Shown piece by piece: positions 1-9,821 of a stretch of DNA of 64,000 nucleotides. Each line of letters opens with the position of its first letter. Positions within the stretch are counted from its first letter, which is position 1. The stretch is from Chloroflexota bacterium (lineage in GTDB: Bacteria; Chloroflexota; Dehalococcoidia; Lucifugimonadales; UBA3495). The notes beneath the pieces are model-generated. The model was not told where the DNA came from. It searched no databases and saw only the letters and a list, made by a program, of their open reading frames with translations. A program made the position numbers and the translations under genes. Location of the stretch: the NCBI GenBank assembly GCA_009837355.1, contig VXTR01000075.1, positions 91,222 through 155,221 on the forward strand. The letters run 5' to 3'.

Positions 1-1841
1 AACTCCTGGAGCATCGGCACCCAATCCTGCTTGCCCTGCGCCACGTTATCCAGGTCTTCCTCCATGCGCGCCGTGAAGTTCAGGTCCATTACGTCGGAGA
101 AGTGCTCGGTGAGTAGGTCGGTAACCGTGCAGCCCAGTTCGGTGGGCAGCAGACGGCGCTGCTCCCGCTCAACGTACTCCCGCTCTACCAGCGTGGCGAT
201 GGTGGGCGCGTAGGTGCTGGGACGGCCAATGCCCTGGGCTTCCATCTCCCGGATGAGCGTCGCTTCGGTGAAGCGCGGCGGCGGCTGGGTAAAGTGCTGC
301 TTTGCTTCCAGGCTGTGGTTGACCAGACCGTTGCCGGCCGCCAACTCCGGCAGCGCATTTTCGTCGCCATCCCCGGCGTCGTCCCGTCCTTCAAGGTACA
401 CGGCCCGGAATCCCGGGAACTTCAGCATCGACCCCGTGGCCCGGAATCGATACACGCTGTCCGACGGGGCGACGCATTGCGCGTCAATTTCAACCGTAGT
501 CGCTTCCAGCAGCGCGTCGGCCATCTGGCTGGCCACCATCCGCTCCCAAATCAGCGTGTACAGGCGCAGTTGGTCCCGGTCCAAGTAGGCTGCCATCGCC
601 TGGGGCGTGCGGGAGATAGAAGTAGGGCGGATGGCTTCGTGCGCTTCCTGGGCGTTCTTGCTGCGCGTACGATAGGACCTCGGCTTGTCCGGCGTGTAAT
701 CCTTGCCGTACCGGCCGTGGATGTAGTCCCTGGCCTCTCGCACCGCGGACTCGGCGACGTTAACGCTGTCGGTACGCATATAGGTAATCAGGCCGACCGA
801 GCCTTCGCTGCCAACGTTCAGCCCCTCGTAGAGTTGCTGCGCCAGCGCCATGGTGCGTTGGGCAGTGAACCGCAGCTTGCGGCCGGCCTCCTGCTGGAGC
901 GTGCTGGTGATGAAAGGCGGCGCCGGCCGCTGACGCCGCGGCTTCTTCTCCACCTTGTCAACCGAGTAACCCGCGCCTTTCAGCTCCGATTCCAGGCTCC
1001 GTGCTGCCTCCTCGTTGGGAATGTTCAGCTTCCGACTGCCTTTGCGGGAGTGCAGTGTAGCAGTGAATAGACTGAGACTGTTGGCCGGGTCCGTGTCCTT
1101 GTGAAGATCGGCCTCCAGCGACCACCACTCTTGCGGCACGAAGGCCCTGATTTCCCGCTCCCGCTCCACTATCATCCTCAGTGCCACCGATTGCACCCGG
1201 CCCGCCGAGAGGCCCAGCTGCACCCGCAGCCACAGCAGCGGGCTGATTTCATACCCCACCAGCCGGTCCAGGATGCGCCGGGCCTGCTGCGCGTTCACCA
1301 GTTCCATGTCAATTTCGCGGGGATGCTCAAAGGCTTCTTCCACCGCCTGCCTGGTGATTTCATGGAACACTACCCGCTTGGGCGGCTTCGGATTCTTGTC
1401 CCAGCCGGCCGCCGCCTGCAGGTGCCACGATATGGCCTCACCCTCACGGTCCGGGTCCGTCGCCAGGAATATCTCGGAAGCTTTGGCCCCGGCCGCCTTC
1501 AAGCCATCCACCAATTCCTTTTTGTCCCGCATCGTCAGGTATCTGGGCGCGAACTCTTGCTCGGTGTCCACCCCCAGGGTGGACTTGGGCAGGTCGCGCA
1601 CATGGCCCATGGAGGCAGCCACCACGTACTTATTGCCGAGAATCTGGCCCACAGTGCGAGCTTTTGCCGGAGACTCCACAATGACCAGTCGCTTGCCGGC
1701 CGCTGACGGCACCACGCCGCTGCGCGTTCGTGGGGTGGTTGCCTTGCCCTTGCTGGCCGACCGGGCTGAGCTTCTGCTTCTTCCCGACCTGGCGACAGTC
1801 TTCCCGGTCTTCTTCCTAGTGGCGCTGGTCTTCGGCGGCAT
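1..1841 (-). CDS. topA: DNA topoisomerase I; the C-terminal part runs off the window start
   Basis: Not in the ORF track because there is no stop inside the window. My minus-strand translation from ATG 1841 reads [20 protein letters not shown]...[40 protein letters not shown] (Toprim start of type IA topoisomerases). Around 200-270 it reads [28 protein letters not shown] (topo I signature). It lies directly downstream of dprA, a common pairing. Confidence 0.9.
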   Translation of the reverse strand, partial: MPPKTSATRKKTGKTVARSGRSRSSARSASKGKATTPRTRSGVVPSAAGKRLVIVESPAKARTVGQILGNKYVVAASMGHVRDLPKSTLGVDTEQEFAPRYLTMRDKKELVDGLKAAGAKASEIFLATDPDREGEAISWHLQAAAGWDKNPKPPKRVVFHEITRQAVEEAFEHPREIDMELVNAQQARRILDRLVGYEISPLLWLRVQLGLSAGRVQSVALRMIVEREREIRAFVPQEWWSLEADLHKDTDPANSLSLFTATLHSRKGSRKLNIPNEEAARSLESELKGAGYSVDKVEKKPRRQRPAPPFITSTLQQEAGRKLRFTAQRTMALAQQLYEGLNVGSEGSVGLITYMRTDSVNVAESAVREARDYIHGRYGKDYTPDKPRSYRTRSKNAQEAHEAIRPTSISRTPQAMAAYLDRDQLRLYTLIWERMVASQMADALLEATTVEIDAQCVAPSDSVYRFRATGSMLKFPGFRAVYLEGRDDAGDGDENALPELAAGNGLVNHSLEAKQHFTQPPPRFTEATLIREMEAQGIGRPSTYAPTIATLVEREYVEREQRRLLPTELGCTVTDLLTEHFSDVMDLNFTARMEEDLDNVAQGKQDWVPMLQE

Positions 1842-1882
1842 CTGGCGAATCTCTCTAAGGTTTGTCGGTAGTATTGCTGGCG

Positions 1883-3055
1883 CTAAACCAGTTGATAGTG
1901 CATGGTGCCCACTTGCTGCACCAGCCCTTTCAGTTCCAGCATGGTCAGCAGGCTGCTCACCTCGGCAATCGGGCATCCGTTCATCTGAGCCAGGTCGTCG
2001 ATGTGAGTGGGTTCCGTCGTCACGTGGCGCAGCAGGTCGGCCTCTTCAGGGTCGACCGGCTGCGGTTTGCGCTCTGGCGGCTGGGCCAAGCCGAGGGGCA
2101 TTTGCTTGGGCTCTCCGTCCAGCCCTATCTCCTCCAATATATCACGAACATCGCAAACCAACTTGGCCCCTTCCTTGATGAGGCGATTGGTGAGCCGGCT
2201 GCTTTCCGAATAAACGCTGCCCGGCACACAGAATATCTCTCGATTCTGTTCCAGAGCATGGAACACCGTCCATCGGGTACCGCTGGTCTCGCCGGCTTCG
2301 GTTATCAGCGTACCCAAAGCCATTCCGCTGATGATGCGATTGCGTCGGGGGAAGTTGGATGCCTCCGGGCGCGCGCCCAAGGCAAATTCGCTGACCAGCG
2401 CGCCGCCGTCGGCAACGATGCGTTCCGCCAGGCGACGGTTTTCGGAGGGATAGACCGAATCCAGACCGTTGCCCAGCACGGCTACTGTCCTGCCCCCGGC
2501 GTCGAGCGTGGCCTGATGTGCCCTGGTGTCAATTCCCAACGCCAGCCCGCTGACTACCGTCACACCGCGCGTGGCGAGAGCAGCGCACAGTTCCGAAGTA
2601 ATCCGCCGTCCGTAATCGGTAGGCCGCCTGGTGCCCACCACCGCGATTGACGCTTCGTCATCAGCGCATAAATCGCCCCTGCAGTACAATACCGGAGGAG
2701 CGTCAACAGTTTCTTTGAGCCGCCCGGGATACCTTTCATCGTGCCAGGTGAGTGCTTGAACCCCCGATTTTGCCAGCCGATCCAGTTCTCTTTCGGGGCT
2801 TACTTTTTCACGAACCTCTAAAACGGCTTTGGCGACTTTGCCACCCAAGCCGGCGGCGCGCAACTCGCGTTGAGGCGCATTCCAGGCCAGCTCCAGGTTG
2901 CCCCCAAAGTGGGATTCCAACAGGCGGAACCGAGCCGCTCCGAGACCCGGAGCCTGGCTCAAGGCAATCCAGTAACCCAAGCTTTCTGTGGCTGATGCTA
3001 TCACGGCGGGGATTCTATCACAGCGTAATTTTTTCAAACAACAACCAAATGTCAT
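1883..3055 (-). CDS. dprA: DNA processing protein DprA (Smf)
   Basis: ORF 1883..3058. The core GLALGIDTRAHQATLDAGGRTVAVLGNGLDSVYPSENRRLAERI...FPRRNRIISGMA is typical of DprA. Start taken at ATG 3055; TTG 3058 is also possible. Confidence 0.9.
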   Translation of the reverse strand: MTFGCCLKKLRCDRIPAVIASATESLGYWIALSQAPGLGAARFRLLESHFGGNLELAWNAPQRELRAAGLGGKVAKAVLEVREKVSPERELDRLAKSGVQALTWHDERYPGRLKETVDAPPVLYCRGDLCADDEASIAVVGTRRPTDYGRRITSELCAALATRGVTVVSGLALGIDTRAHQATLDAGGRTVAVLGNGLDSVYPSENRRLAERIVADGGALVSEFALGARPEASNFPRRNRIISGMALGTLITEAGETSGTRWTVFHALEQNREIFCVPGSVYSESSRLTNRLIKEGAKLVCDVRDILEEIGLDGEPKQMPLGLAQPPERKPQPVDPEEADLLRHVTTEPTHIDDLAQMNGCPIAEVSSLLTMLELKGLVQQVGTMHYQLV

Positions 3056-3145
3056 CAAACGGCGCGAGTCATCTCACCTTGCCGTGCAATGAACGCTGGG
3101 CTAGTATTACCACGATTTACGCTACCGCAGCGTCCGGAGGTTTCC

Positions 3146-4690
3146 ATGCGATACGACTACATCGTGGTCGGCGCCGGCTCGGCCGGTTCCACCATCGCAA
3201 CCCGCCTGTCCGAGGACCCTGACAAAAGCGTGCTGCTCCTGGAAGCCGGACCCGACTACCCCGACTTCAGTCACCTTCCGGACGACCTGAAACTGGGCAA
3301 CAACGTTTTCTTCTCAGCCTACGGTCCTCATAGCTGGGCTTACAGCGCCCGGGTAACCGCCCAGCAGACCGACCTAGTCATCCCTCGCGGCAAGGCGACC
3401 GGCGGCTCCTCCGCCATCAATGGCCAGGTGCTGTACCGCGGCATCCCAGAAGACTATGACCGGTGGGCGGAATGGGGCAACGACGAGTGGGGGTACACGG
3501 GTTGTTTGCCCTTCTTCCGCCGCATGGAAAACGACCACGACTTCCAAGACGACTGGCACGGAACCGACGGGCCGATTCCGGTGCGCCGCTACCGTCCAGA
3601 CGAGTGGTTGCCTCACTCCGTTGCTTTCAAGGATGCAGCGGTTTCGCTGGGCTTCAAGGACGATCCCGACCAGAATCACCCGGAATCCACGGGCGTGTCG
3701 CCGCGGGCCAGGAACACGCTGGACGGAGTGCGCATCAGCACGGCGTTGGCCTATCTGAACCTGGCCCGGCACCGCCTCAACTTCAACCTGCGGGCCAACG
3801 TACAGGCGTGCCGAGTGGTCTTTGACGGCAAGCGGGCCGTGGGCGTAGAGGTGGAAAGCGGCGGCGAACGATTCATAGCCGAGGGGAATGAAATCATCGT
3901 CAGCAGCGGCGCCATCGCGTCGCCTCAACTGCTGCTGCTCTCCGGCGTCGGGCCGGGGGACCACCTGAGAGAGGTGGGCATACCGGTGACGCACGAACTG
4001 CCCGGGGTCGGCCAGAATCTGCGCGATCATCCTTCCGCTTGTGTCCTGTTCCGGGCCGTCGGCGAGCGGCCCGAAGTGCAAGCCGCCGCCATCCAGGTGG
4101 GCTTGCGCTACACAGTGGAGGATTCCTACCTGCGCAACGATATGCAGATTACACCCCTGCTAATGACATCGGAACACCGGCCGGCGCAGGTGGAAATCAA
4201 TGACGATGAGAACTACATCGGCATAAGCGCCAGCCTGCAATTGGCCCTGGGACAGGGCGAACTGCGCCTGAAGTCCAGCGACCCTCTGGAGTACCCCTAC
4301 CTGGACTACAACTATTACCAGGAACCCTTTGACCTGGAGCGGATGCGCAAGGCCATCCGTACCTGCGTGGAAATCGGCGAACACCCGTCATACCGAGAAA
4401 TTCTGCTGGGACGGGTAACGCCGGACGACGCGGAGCTGGCCTCCGACGCCGCGCTGGACGATTGGCTGATGCGGAACTCGGGCACGTCGCACCACGTCTC
4501 TGGTACCTGCAAGATGGGGCCGGCCAGCGACGTCATGGCCGTGGTGGACCAGCAGGGCAGGATTCACGGGCTGGCAAATATCCGCGTCGCCGACGCTTCC
4601 ATCATGCCGGATTGCATACGCGCCAACACCAACGCCACGACCATCATGATTGGCGAGAAAATCGCCGACTACATCCGCGCTGGCCGCTGA
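3146..4690 (+). CDS. GMC-family FAD oxidoreductase (choline dehydrogenase-like)
   Basis: ORF 3089..4690. YDYIVVGAGSAGSTIATRLSEDPDKSVLLLEAGPD is the FAD-binding N-terminus; the C-terminal HHVSGTCKMG...VADASIMP is GMC-type. GGAGG lies 5 nt before ATG 3146. Confidence 0.85.
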   Translation: MRYDYIVVGAGSAGSTIATRLSEDPDKSVLLLEAGPDYPDFSHLPDDLKLGNNVFFSAYGPHSWAYSARVTAQQTDLVIPRGKATGGSSAINGQVLYRGIPEDYDRWAEWGNDEWGYTGCLPFFRRMENDHDFQDDWHGTDGPIPVRRYRPDEWLPHSVAFKDAAVSLGFKDDPDQNHPESTGVSPRARNTLDGVRISTALAYLNLARHRLNFNLRANVQACRVVFDGKRAVGVEVESGGERFIAEGNEIIVSSGAIASPQLLLLSGVGPGDHLREVGIPVTHELPGVGQNLRDHPSACVLFRAVGERPEVQAAAIQVGLRYTVEDSYLRNDMQITPLLMTSEHRPAQVEINDDENYIGISASLQLALGQGELRLKSSDPLEYPYLDYNYYQEPFDLERMRKAIRTCVEIGEHPSYREILLGRVTPDDAELASDAALDDWLMRNSGTSHHVSGTCKMGPASDVMAVVDQQGRIHGLANIRVADASIMPDCIRANTNATTIMIGEKIADYIRAGR

Positions 4691-4695
4691 ATTCC

Positions 4696-6537
4696 CTACC
4701 TGATCCCGCTCAGTGCCCGGTCCAGATTGAACGCAGAACTGATGAGGGCCAAGTGTGTGAAGGCCTGCGGAAAGTTGCCCAGGCCTTCACCACTGGGGCC
4801 GGTTTCCTCAGCGTACAATCCCAGGTGGTTGGCGTAGCCCAGCATCTTTTCGAACATCAGGCGGGCTTGGTCCAGCCGCTTCGGGTCTCCCCAGCCGGCC
4901 CGGGTCAGCGACTCCACCAGCCAGAAAGTACACATATTGAACGTCCCTTCCTGCCCGGCGAGACCGTCGGAGAAATGGTCGGAGTTGTAGCGATACACGA
5001 GGCTGTCCGACACCAGCCCGCCCTGACGGGGGCTCCGGTTGATGGCGTCCAGCGTGCTCAGCATCCGGGGGTCGGTGGGGGACATGAAAAACACCAGGGG
5101 CATAATCAGGTTGGATGCGTCCAGCGAGTCGCTGCCGTAGTGCTGCACGAAAGCCTGCCGATCTTCGCTCCAGCCCTGGCTTTGAATCTCTTCGTAAATT
5201 TCGTCGCGGGCTTCCAACCAGCGCAGCCGCTCAGACGGGAAGGAGCGTGAATCGGCGAGTTTCACCGCTCGGTCCAGCGCTACCCAACACATCAGCTTGG
5301 AATACACAAAGTGCTGCCGGCCACCCCGGGTTTCCCAGATACCTTCATCCGCCACCCGCCAGTTGTCGCACACCCAGTTGGTCATCTGGCGCAGCTTGGT
5401 CCAGAAATCAAAGGAGATCGGCTCGCCGTAACGGTTGAAGAGATACACCGAGTCCATCAACTCACCATAGATGTCCAGCTGCAACTGGTCATAGGCCCCG
5501 TTGCCGATGCGAACGGGCCTGGATCCCCGATACCCCTCCAGGTGGTCCAGGGTAATCTCCTCCAGGTGCCGCCGGCCGTCGATGCCGTAGAGGATTTGAA
5601 TGTTGCGAAAGTCGCCGTCAAAGGGGTCGATTTGGGACTCCAGCCAGTGCATAAAGCGGCTGGCCTCGTTGGTGAACCCGATGCGGAGCAGTGCGTACAG
5701 GGTAAAGGCGGCGTCTCGAATCCAGGTGTAGCGGTAATCCCAGTTCCGCTCCCCGCCCAGTTCCTCAGGCAGGCTGCACGTGGGCGCGGCGATGATGGCA
5801 CCGGTGGGTTCGTAAGTGAGCAGTTTCAAGACCAGCGCCGAGCGTTCCACCATCTCCTGCCAGCGCCCCTTGTAAGTGCATTGCGACAGCCAATCCCGCC
5901 AGTAAGTTACGGTCTCCTCAAAAAGCTCTTCGCCCTCCGCTTCGTCCAGCGGATGATAGTCGGAACTGGTGTCACCCATCACTCCAATGCTGATCGTGAC
6001 TGACTCGCCCTCAGCCAGTGCGAACACGCCGAGCACGCCGTTGCCGTCCTGTTCCAGCAGTACGTTGGTTGACAACTGCAACCCCAGTTCGTCGGACACA
6101 AACGCCGCGCCGTACTCGTTAAGTTCCGTGCGGTGGCTGTCGCGGGCGTAGTTGAATGCCGGGTAGCATTCCAAGACAAAAGGCACAACACCGCGGACGC
6201 AGCTGACCCGGCGGATGAGCTCGGTGTGATGATGGGGATGGTCTGCGGTAGAAACCGGCATGAAATCGATAATCTCGGCAACGCCGCTCTGACCCAGAAA
6301 GCGAGTAATGAGGACGTTGCTGGCCGGCCAGTACACCTGCTTCTGAACCGGCGGCTCGTCCAGTACGGGGGCGATTTTGAAGTGGCCGCCCTTCTGTTCA
6401 TCCAGGATGGCGCCAAACACGCTGGGCGAATCGAATCTGGGACAGCAGAACCAGTCCACCGAGCCGTTCACGCCAATCAGCGCGCAAGTCCGCATATTGC
6501 CGACGATGCCATAGTCTTCTATAGGAAGATACGCCAT
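4696..6537 (-). CDS. Glycoside hydrolase family 15 protein (glucoamylase/trehalase-like)
   Basis: ORF 4696..6636. Start moved to ATG 6537, giving [46 protein letters not shown], the usual GH15 N-terminus. ...[19 protein letters not shown] follows in the catalytic part. Confidence 0.85.
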   Translation of the reverse strand: MAYLPIEDYGIVGNMRTCALIGVNGSVDWFCCPRFDSPSVFGAILDEQKGGHFKIAPVLDEPPVQKQVYWPASNVLITRFLGQSGVAEIIDFMPVSTADHPHHHTELIRRVSCVRGVVPFVLECYPAFNYARDSHRTELNEYGAAFVSDELGLQLSTNVLLEQDGNGVLGVFALAEGESVTISIGVMGDTSSDYHPLDEAEGEELFEETVTYWRDWLSQCTYKGRWQEMVERSALVLKLLTYEPTGAIIAAPTCSLPEELGGERNWDYRYTWIRDAAFTLYALLRIGFTNEASRFMHWLESQIDPFDGDFRNIQILYGIDGRRHLEEITLDHLEGYRGSRPVRIGNGAYDQLQLDIYGELMDSVYLFNRYGEPISFDFWTKLRQMTNWVCDNWRVADEGIWETRGGRQHFVYSKLMCWVALDRAVKLADSRSFPSERLRWLEARDEIYEEIQSQGWSEDRQAFVQHYGSDSLDASNLIMPLVFFMSPTDPRMLSTLDAINRSPRQGGLVSDSLVYRYNSDHFSDGLAGQEGTFNMCTFWLVESLTRAGWGDPKRLDQARLMFEKMLGYANHLGLYAEETGPSGEGLGNFPQAFTHLALISSAFNLDRALSGIR

Positions 6538-6595
6538 GCTGTCCCGCCTGTTCGGGCGCGGGCGCCGCTGCGACGGAGCGGGCGCGCCGGTTTCG

Positions 6596-7252
6596 CTACC
6601 CTTCGGTCGTTGCCAGCGTAGCGACGCTGAATACAACCCGGAACGGGTAGCAGTAGATGACTACGCTCTGCGCTTCCGCCAAATCGAAGTTGGCGGGAAT
6701 GTCGTAATTCTGGGAGCCGATGTTTCCCTTCAACTTGCCGAGTTCGACGTAGCCGGCGTCGGACAGGTCGGAGTGGCCTTCAGGATTGGGAGCGTTGACC
6801 AGCAGCACCCGCAGGTCGGGGCCGTTGGTAACCATGAAATCCTCCAGGCGCAGGATGCGTTGACTGGGCGCGATCTCGTAGATAACCGCGTTGCCCGAAC
6901 CCTTATGGAAGGAGTCGGCGTCGCGGAAGTCTCCGGCCGCCTTCACGGCGTTCACAGCCACGCTGGGGGACATAGCCGGCATAGCTTGGGCAATCTCCGG
7001 GGCGTCGATGGCGGCGGCGACGCCCATCTGCACTTCCACTTCCTCCAGGGTCATGTCTTCGGGCACCATGGCGCGGGCCGCGTTGGGAAAGTCCTCCAGG
7101 GTCATGCCTTCGGGCACTGCGGCGCGGGCCGGGATGGGAAAGTCTTCTTCCACAATAGTGTCAGTGAACAGCGGGTTAAGCAGCCACCACGCGAACCACG
7201 CTATGGGAATAAGTGCAAAAATCCCGATGCCAATCAGAATGTAGCGAATCAT
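6596..7252 (-). CDS. DM13 domain protein with an N-terminal membrane anchor
   Basis: N-terminal TM helix [25 protein letters not shown]. The C-terminal [21 protein letters not shown]...[18 protein letters not shown] matches the DM13 pattern. Confidence 0.7.
   Translation of the reverse strand: MIRYILIGIGIFALIPIAWFAWWLLNPLFTDTIVEEDFPIPARAAVPEGMTLEDFPNAARAMVPEDMTLEEVEVQMGVAAAIDAPEIAQAMPAMSPSVAVNAVKAAGDFRDADSFHKGSGNAVIYEIAPSQRILRLEDFMVTNGPDLRVLLVNAPNPEGHSDLSDAGYVELGKLKGNIGSQNYDIPANFDLAEAQSVVIYCYPFRVVFSVATLATTEG
7041..7142. repeat. Two tandem 51-bp units inside the DM13 gene, in frame
   Basis: Units 7041-7091 and 7092-7142 are identical at 45 of 51 positions by my count. Each encodes a 17-aa copy of the ...PE(G/D)MTLE(D/E)... 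linker. Confidence 0.85.
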
Positions 7253-7290
7253 AGTCTTGGCGCCTCCCTGACCAAAGCAGCAGGATAATA

Positions 7291-8130
7291 TCAGGTTTGA
7301 CCGCTCCGCAACCGGGCCAACGCGTTCCGCACCGTTTCTAGATCGTCAGCGTCGGGGGCTGCTGCTATATACGCCGCGAAATCGTCGGCGGATTCACGGT
7401 GATTGCCGGCTTTCAGGTGAACCACGCCGCGGTCTCGCTGCTCCTCCGGTCGGTCGGGCAATACCGCCATCAGCGCGCCGATGGTGGTGATACAACGATC
7501 GAAATCTTCCCGGTCCCAATAAATGGCCTTGAGGTTGCGGAGGATGCGGGCCAGGACTTCCCGAGGCGTTACCGGGTCCAGATGGTAGGCTTCGAGTCGC
7601 GCCGAATCGCCGGCGGCCTGGCGCATCAGGGCTGCGCATTCATCCTGGCTGAGCAGCAAGCCGCCGTTGAACGCGTCCACGTAGAAATTAGGCTCGTCGC
7701 GATGGCGGATTACGAAGTGGCCGGGCATACCGATACCCAGCACCGGGACGCCGGCCCGTCGTCCTACTTCAATGCAGAGCAAGGACAGGATGATGGGTAT
7801 TCCCAGGCGCCGCTCCAGCACATGGTTCAGGTAGGAGTTACGCGGGTCATAGTAGTCGTCGCGGTTGCCACTGAGGCCAATCACGTTAAAGAGCAGGTCG
7901 GTGATGGCGTTGAGCTGCTGGAGGGCGTCGGCGTCGGCCGGGATTCGGGACGTGGCGGCTTCGGCCATGCGGTCAAGGTTGGCCCGGATGCCGTCGATGT
8001 CAACGTTGGGGTCATCGGTTGAAGCGATGAGCAGCGCGCCCAAGGCCAGGTCAAAGTCGCCGTCAACCTGGTCAGCAGCGGGGGATTCCAGCAGCCGGCC
8101 CAGCTGCAGGATGGCGTCTCCGGCAAACAT
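7291..8130 (-). CDS. Transglutaminase-like/TPR protein (SirB1-type, UPF0162-like)
   Basis: ORF 7291..8391. The first 87 codons are Arg/Pro-rich and overlap the next gene, so the start was moved to ATG 8130 (GGAG 11 nt upstream). DYYDPRNSYLNHVLERRLGIPIILSLLCIEVGRRAGVPVLGIGMPGHFVIRH is the SirB1-type core. Confidence 0.65.
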   Translation of the reverse strand: MFAGDAILQLGRLLESPAADQVDGDFDLALGALLIASTDDPNVDIDGIRANLDRMAEAATSRIPADADALQQLNAITDLLFNVIGLSGNRDDYYDPRNSYLNHVLERRLGIPIILSLLCIEVGRRAGVPVLGIGMPGHFVIRHRDEPNFYVDAFNGGLLLSQDECAALMRQAAGDSARLEAYHLDPVTPREVLARILRNLKAIYWDREDFDRCITTIGALMAVLPDRPEEQRDRGVVHLKAGNHRESADDFAAYIAAAPDADDLETVRNALARLRSGQT

Positions 8131-8150
8131 CGGTGGATTGCTCCGGCGGC

Positions 8151-8423
8151 CTAGAGGTGGCGTCCTTCCAGACGGCGGCGGCGATACTCGGCGGCGGATA
8201 CGTCCGGGACGGGAGGGTTGCCCGGATAGCTGGCCTGCTCGGCCTGCACTGATGACACGCGGCCGGCGACTTCGCGGAGTTCGGGCACGTCGGAGCCGCA
8301 GGACTCGCACCAAGCCGTCTCGGTGACCATGAGGCGCATATTGTCCTTCTTGACGGTCAGCTCGCCCAGTTCGTACCGGCAGTGGGCGCATCTGCGGGTT
8401 ATGGTAACTTCGGTGATGGGCAT
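8151..8423 (-). CDS. Small hypothetical zinc-ribbon protein
   Basis: 90 aa with CAHC...CESC (two CxxC pairs). It lies 20 nt upstream of the SirB1-like gene on the same strand. No recognisable family. Confidence 0.45.
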   Translation of the reverse strand: MPITEVTITRRCAHCRYELGELTVKKDNMRLMVTETAWCESCGSDVPELREVAGRVSSVQAEQASYPGNPPVPDVSAAEYRRRRLEGRHL

Positions 8424-8462
8424 TGCAGCTGTCTCAGCGTGGCAGAGTGGGCAAAGCCCATA

Positions 8463-9221
8463 CTAGCGGGCGGTGAACCCGCCGTCCACCACCAGCTCGG
8501 CGCCGGTGATGTAGGAGGCGTCGTCGCTGGCGAGGAAGAGCACGGCGTTGGCGACTTCCTCCTGCCGTCCCTCGCGGCCCATGGGAACGTGCTCTTCCAG
8601 CATTTCGCGGCGGCCGGCGCGGACGTCCTCGGTGGGGATGTTGCCCATCATGGGCGGCATATAGCCGGGGTGCACGGAGTTGACTCGAATGTTTTCCCGG
8701 CCGTAGCGCACCGCCATGGCCTTGGTGAAAATGCGGACGGAGCCCTTGGAGGCGTTGTAGGCCGGGTGGCCGCTGAGCATTCCGACCAGCCCGGCGATGG
8801 AGGAGATGTTGACGATGGAGCCGCCGCCGTTCTGCCGCATTTGTTGGATGGCGTGCTTGGTGCCCAGGAAGACGCCGGTGGAGTTGATGTCCATGATGCG
8901 CGACCAGGCTTCCAGGCTGTCGTCGTCGGGGACGGCGCGGCTGCTGATGCCGGCGTTGTTGACCAGGATGTCGAGCCGGCCGAACCGGGAGACGGCCTGC
9001 GAGACGACGTTGGCCCAGGCGTCTTCGCTGGTAACGTCGGTGTGGACGAAAAGGCTCTCGCCGCCGGCCTCGTTGATTTCGGCCTCGACCTGGCGGCCGT
9101 CGTCCTCGCGGATGTCGGCGATGACGACCTTGGCGCCCTCGCTGGCGAACAGCCTGGACTCGACGGCTCCCATGCCGTGGGCGCCGCCGCTGACAATGGC
9201 AACCTTATCTTGCAATCGCAT
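8463..9221 (-). CDS. SDR-family oxidoreductase
   Basis: ORF 8463..9269; start at ATG 9221 gives MRLQDKVAIVSGGAHGMGAVESRLFASEGAKVVIADI (TGxxxGxG-type motif). NNAG, the active-site YNASK and PGYM are present. Confidence 0.9.
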   Translation of the reverse strand: MRLQDKVAIVSGGAHGMGAVESRLFASEGAKVVIADIREDDGRQVEAEINEAGGESLFVHTDVTSEDAWANVVSQAVSRFGRLDILVNNAGISSRAVPDDDSLEAWSRIMDINSTGVFLGTKHAIQQMRQNGGGSIVNISSIAGLVGMLSGHPAYNASKGSVRIFTKAMAVRYGRENIRVNSVHPGYMPPMMGNIPTEDVRAGRREMLEEHVPMGREGRQEEVANAVLFLASDDASYITGAELVVDGGFTAR

Positions 9222-9288
9222 CGTATCGCTCCGGGGCGCCGCCTGGGGCGCGCGCCGACTTGGAATCAATGGGACACCAGCATAACTG

Positions 9289-9331
9289 CCCGGCCCGCCG
9301 GGTTCAACCGGCGGGCCGGGTTTTGTTTTTT
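9289..9331 (+). terminator. Intrinsic-terminator-like hairpin with no obvious upstream plus-strand gene
   Basis: A perfect 13-bp stem CCCGGCCCGCCGG (9289-9301) / CCGGCGGGCCGGG (9308-9320) with a 6-nt loop, followed by TTTTGTTTTTT (9321-9331). Confidence 0.6.
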
Positions 9332-9697
9332 CATGGATAAACGGGGTGAAGGGGATTTTGGGTTGGTCTCCTGTGGTTGGTGTTGATTGTTAGCCTGCCT
9401 GAGGTCGGTTTCCGGAAGTCACTGTGGTCGTTGTCAGTCCCACGGCCGGGGGTGGTACGCAAGGGTTTTTACCCTCCGAGTGGGTGAGCCTAATGAGAGC
9501 GTCCAGATCAGAGGTAGCCACCGTTAAGATTCGCACGGGTCATTTGTTAGCCGTACACGCCGCAGTGGGTAGCGCGCTGGAACAAGCGTGGTCTTGCGAT
9601 TTGGAGATGCTGACGATTGTAGCCGTTGACGACCGTAGTGATGATGACCTCGTTGGCAGGCTGTGGATAGATGGATGATTTCGCTAGCAGTGAAGCC

Positions 9698-9727
9698 ATT
9701 ATAGAACTAAAGTTCCGTAGATGTCAA
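9698..9727 (-). promoter_or_regulatory. Consensus sigma70-type promoter candidate
   Basis: The minus strand reads TTGACA (9727-9722), an 18-nt spacer, then TATAAT (9703-9698). Both hexamers are perfect. It points toward the SDR gene about 470 nt away. Confidence 0.45.
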
Positions 9728-9821
9728 TGGGTCAGCGTCGGTGAATTGTCAGGCGGAGGATGGTGTATGCTGAGCTTGATGGATTAGCGGCTTTGTGAAT
9801 GACTTTGAGCGGAGGTTTGGA

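Noticed and set aside
8131-8391. Long Arg/Pro-rich N-terminal extensions offered by the ORF track. This one is on the SirB1-like gene; similar cases are 11582-11806, 47039-47245, 24429-24590, 31049-31156, 33158-33346, 18679-18771, 19475-19528 and 6538-6636.
   Set aside because: The extensions overlap the neighbouring upstream gene or regulatory RNA and are compositionally non-protein-like. In each case an internal ATG or GTG gives the canonical family N-terminus, often with a GGAGG upstream or a 4-nt ATGA overlap with the preceding gene.
9440-9560. Riboswitch-like words: CCUCCGAG on the plus strand, reminiscent of the Moco motif, and GUGCGAAUC...GGUGGCUACC on the minus strand, reminiscent of cobalamin elements
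   Set aside because: These are isolated short matches recalled from memory. I could not build the expected helices, and the site is more than 250 nt from either flanking start codon. cmscan (RF01055, RF00174) is needed before any such claim.
9530-9700. Possible transposase/integrase C-terminal remnant on the minus strand (...VVNGYNRQHLQIARPRLFQRATHCGVYG*)
   Set aside because: It only loosely resembles the WYN...RPH...LG tail of DDE transposases over about 20 residues, and its ATG lies inside the predicted -10 box. I cannot support it without a database search. The region is reported as unexplained instead.
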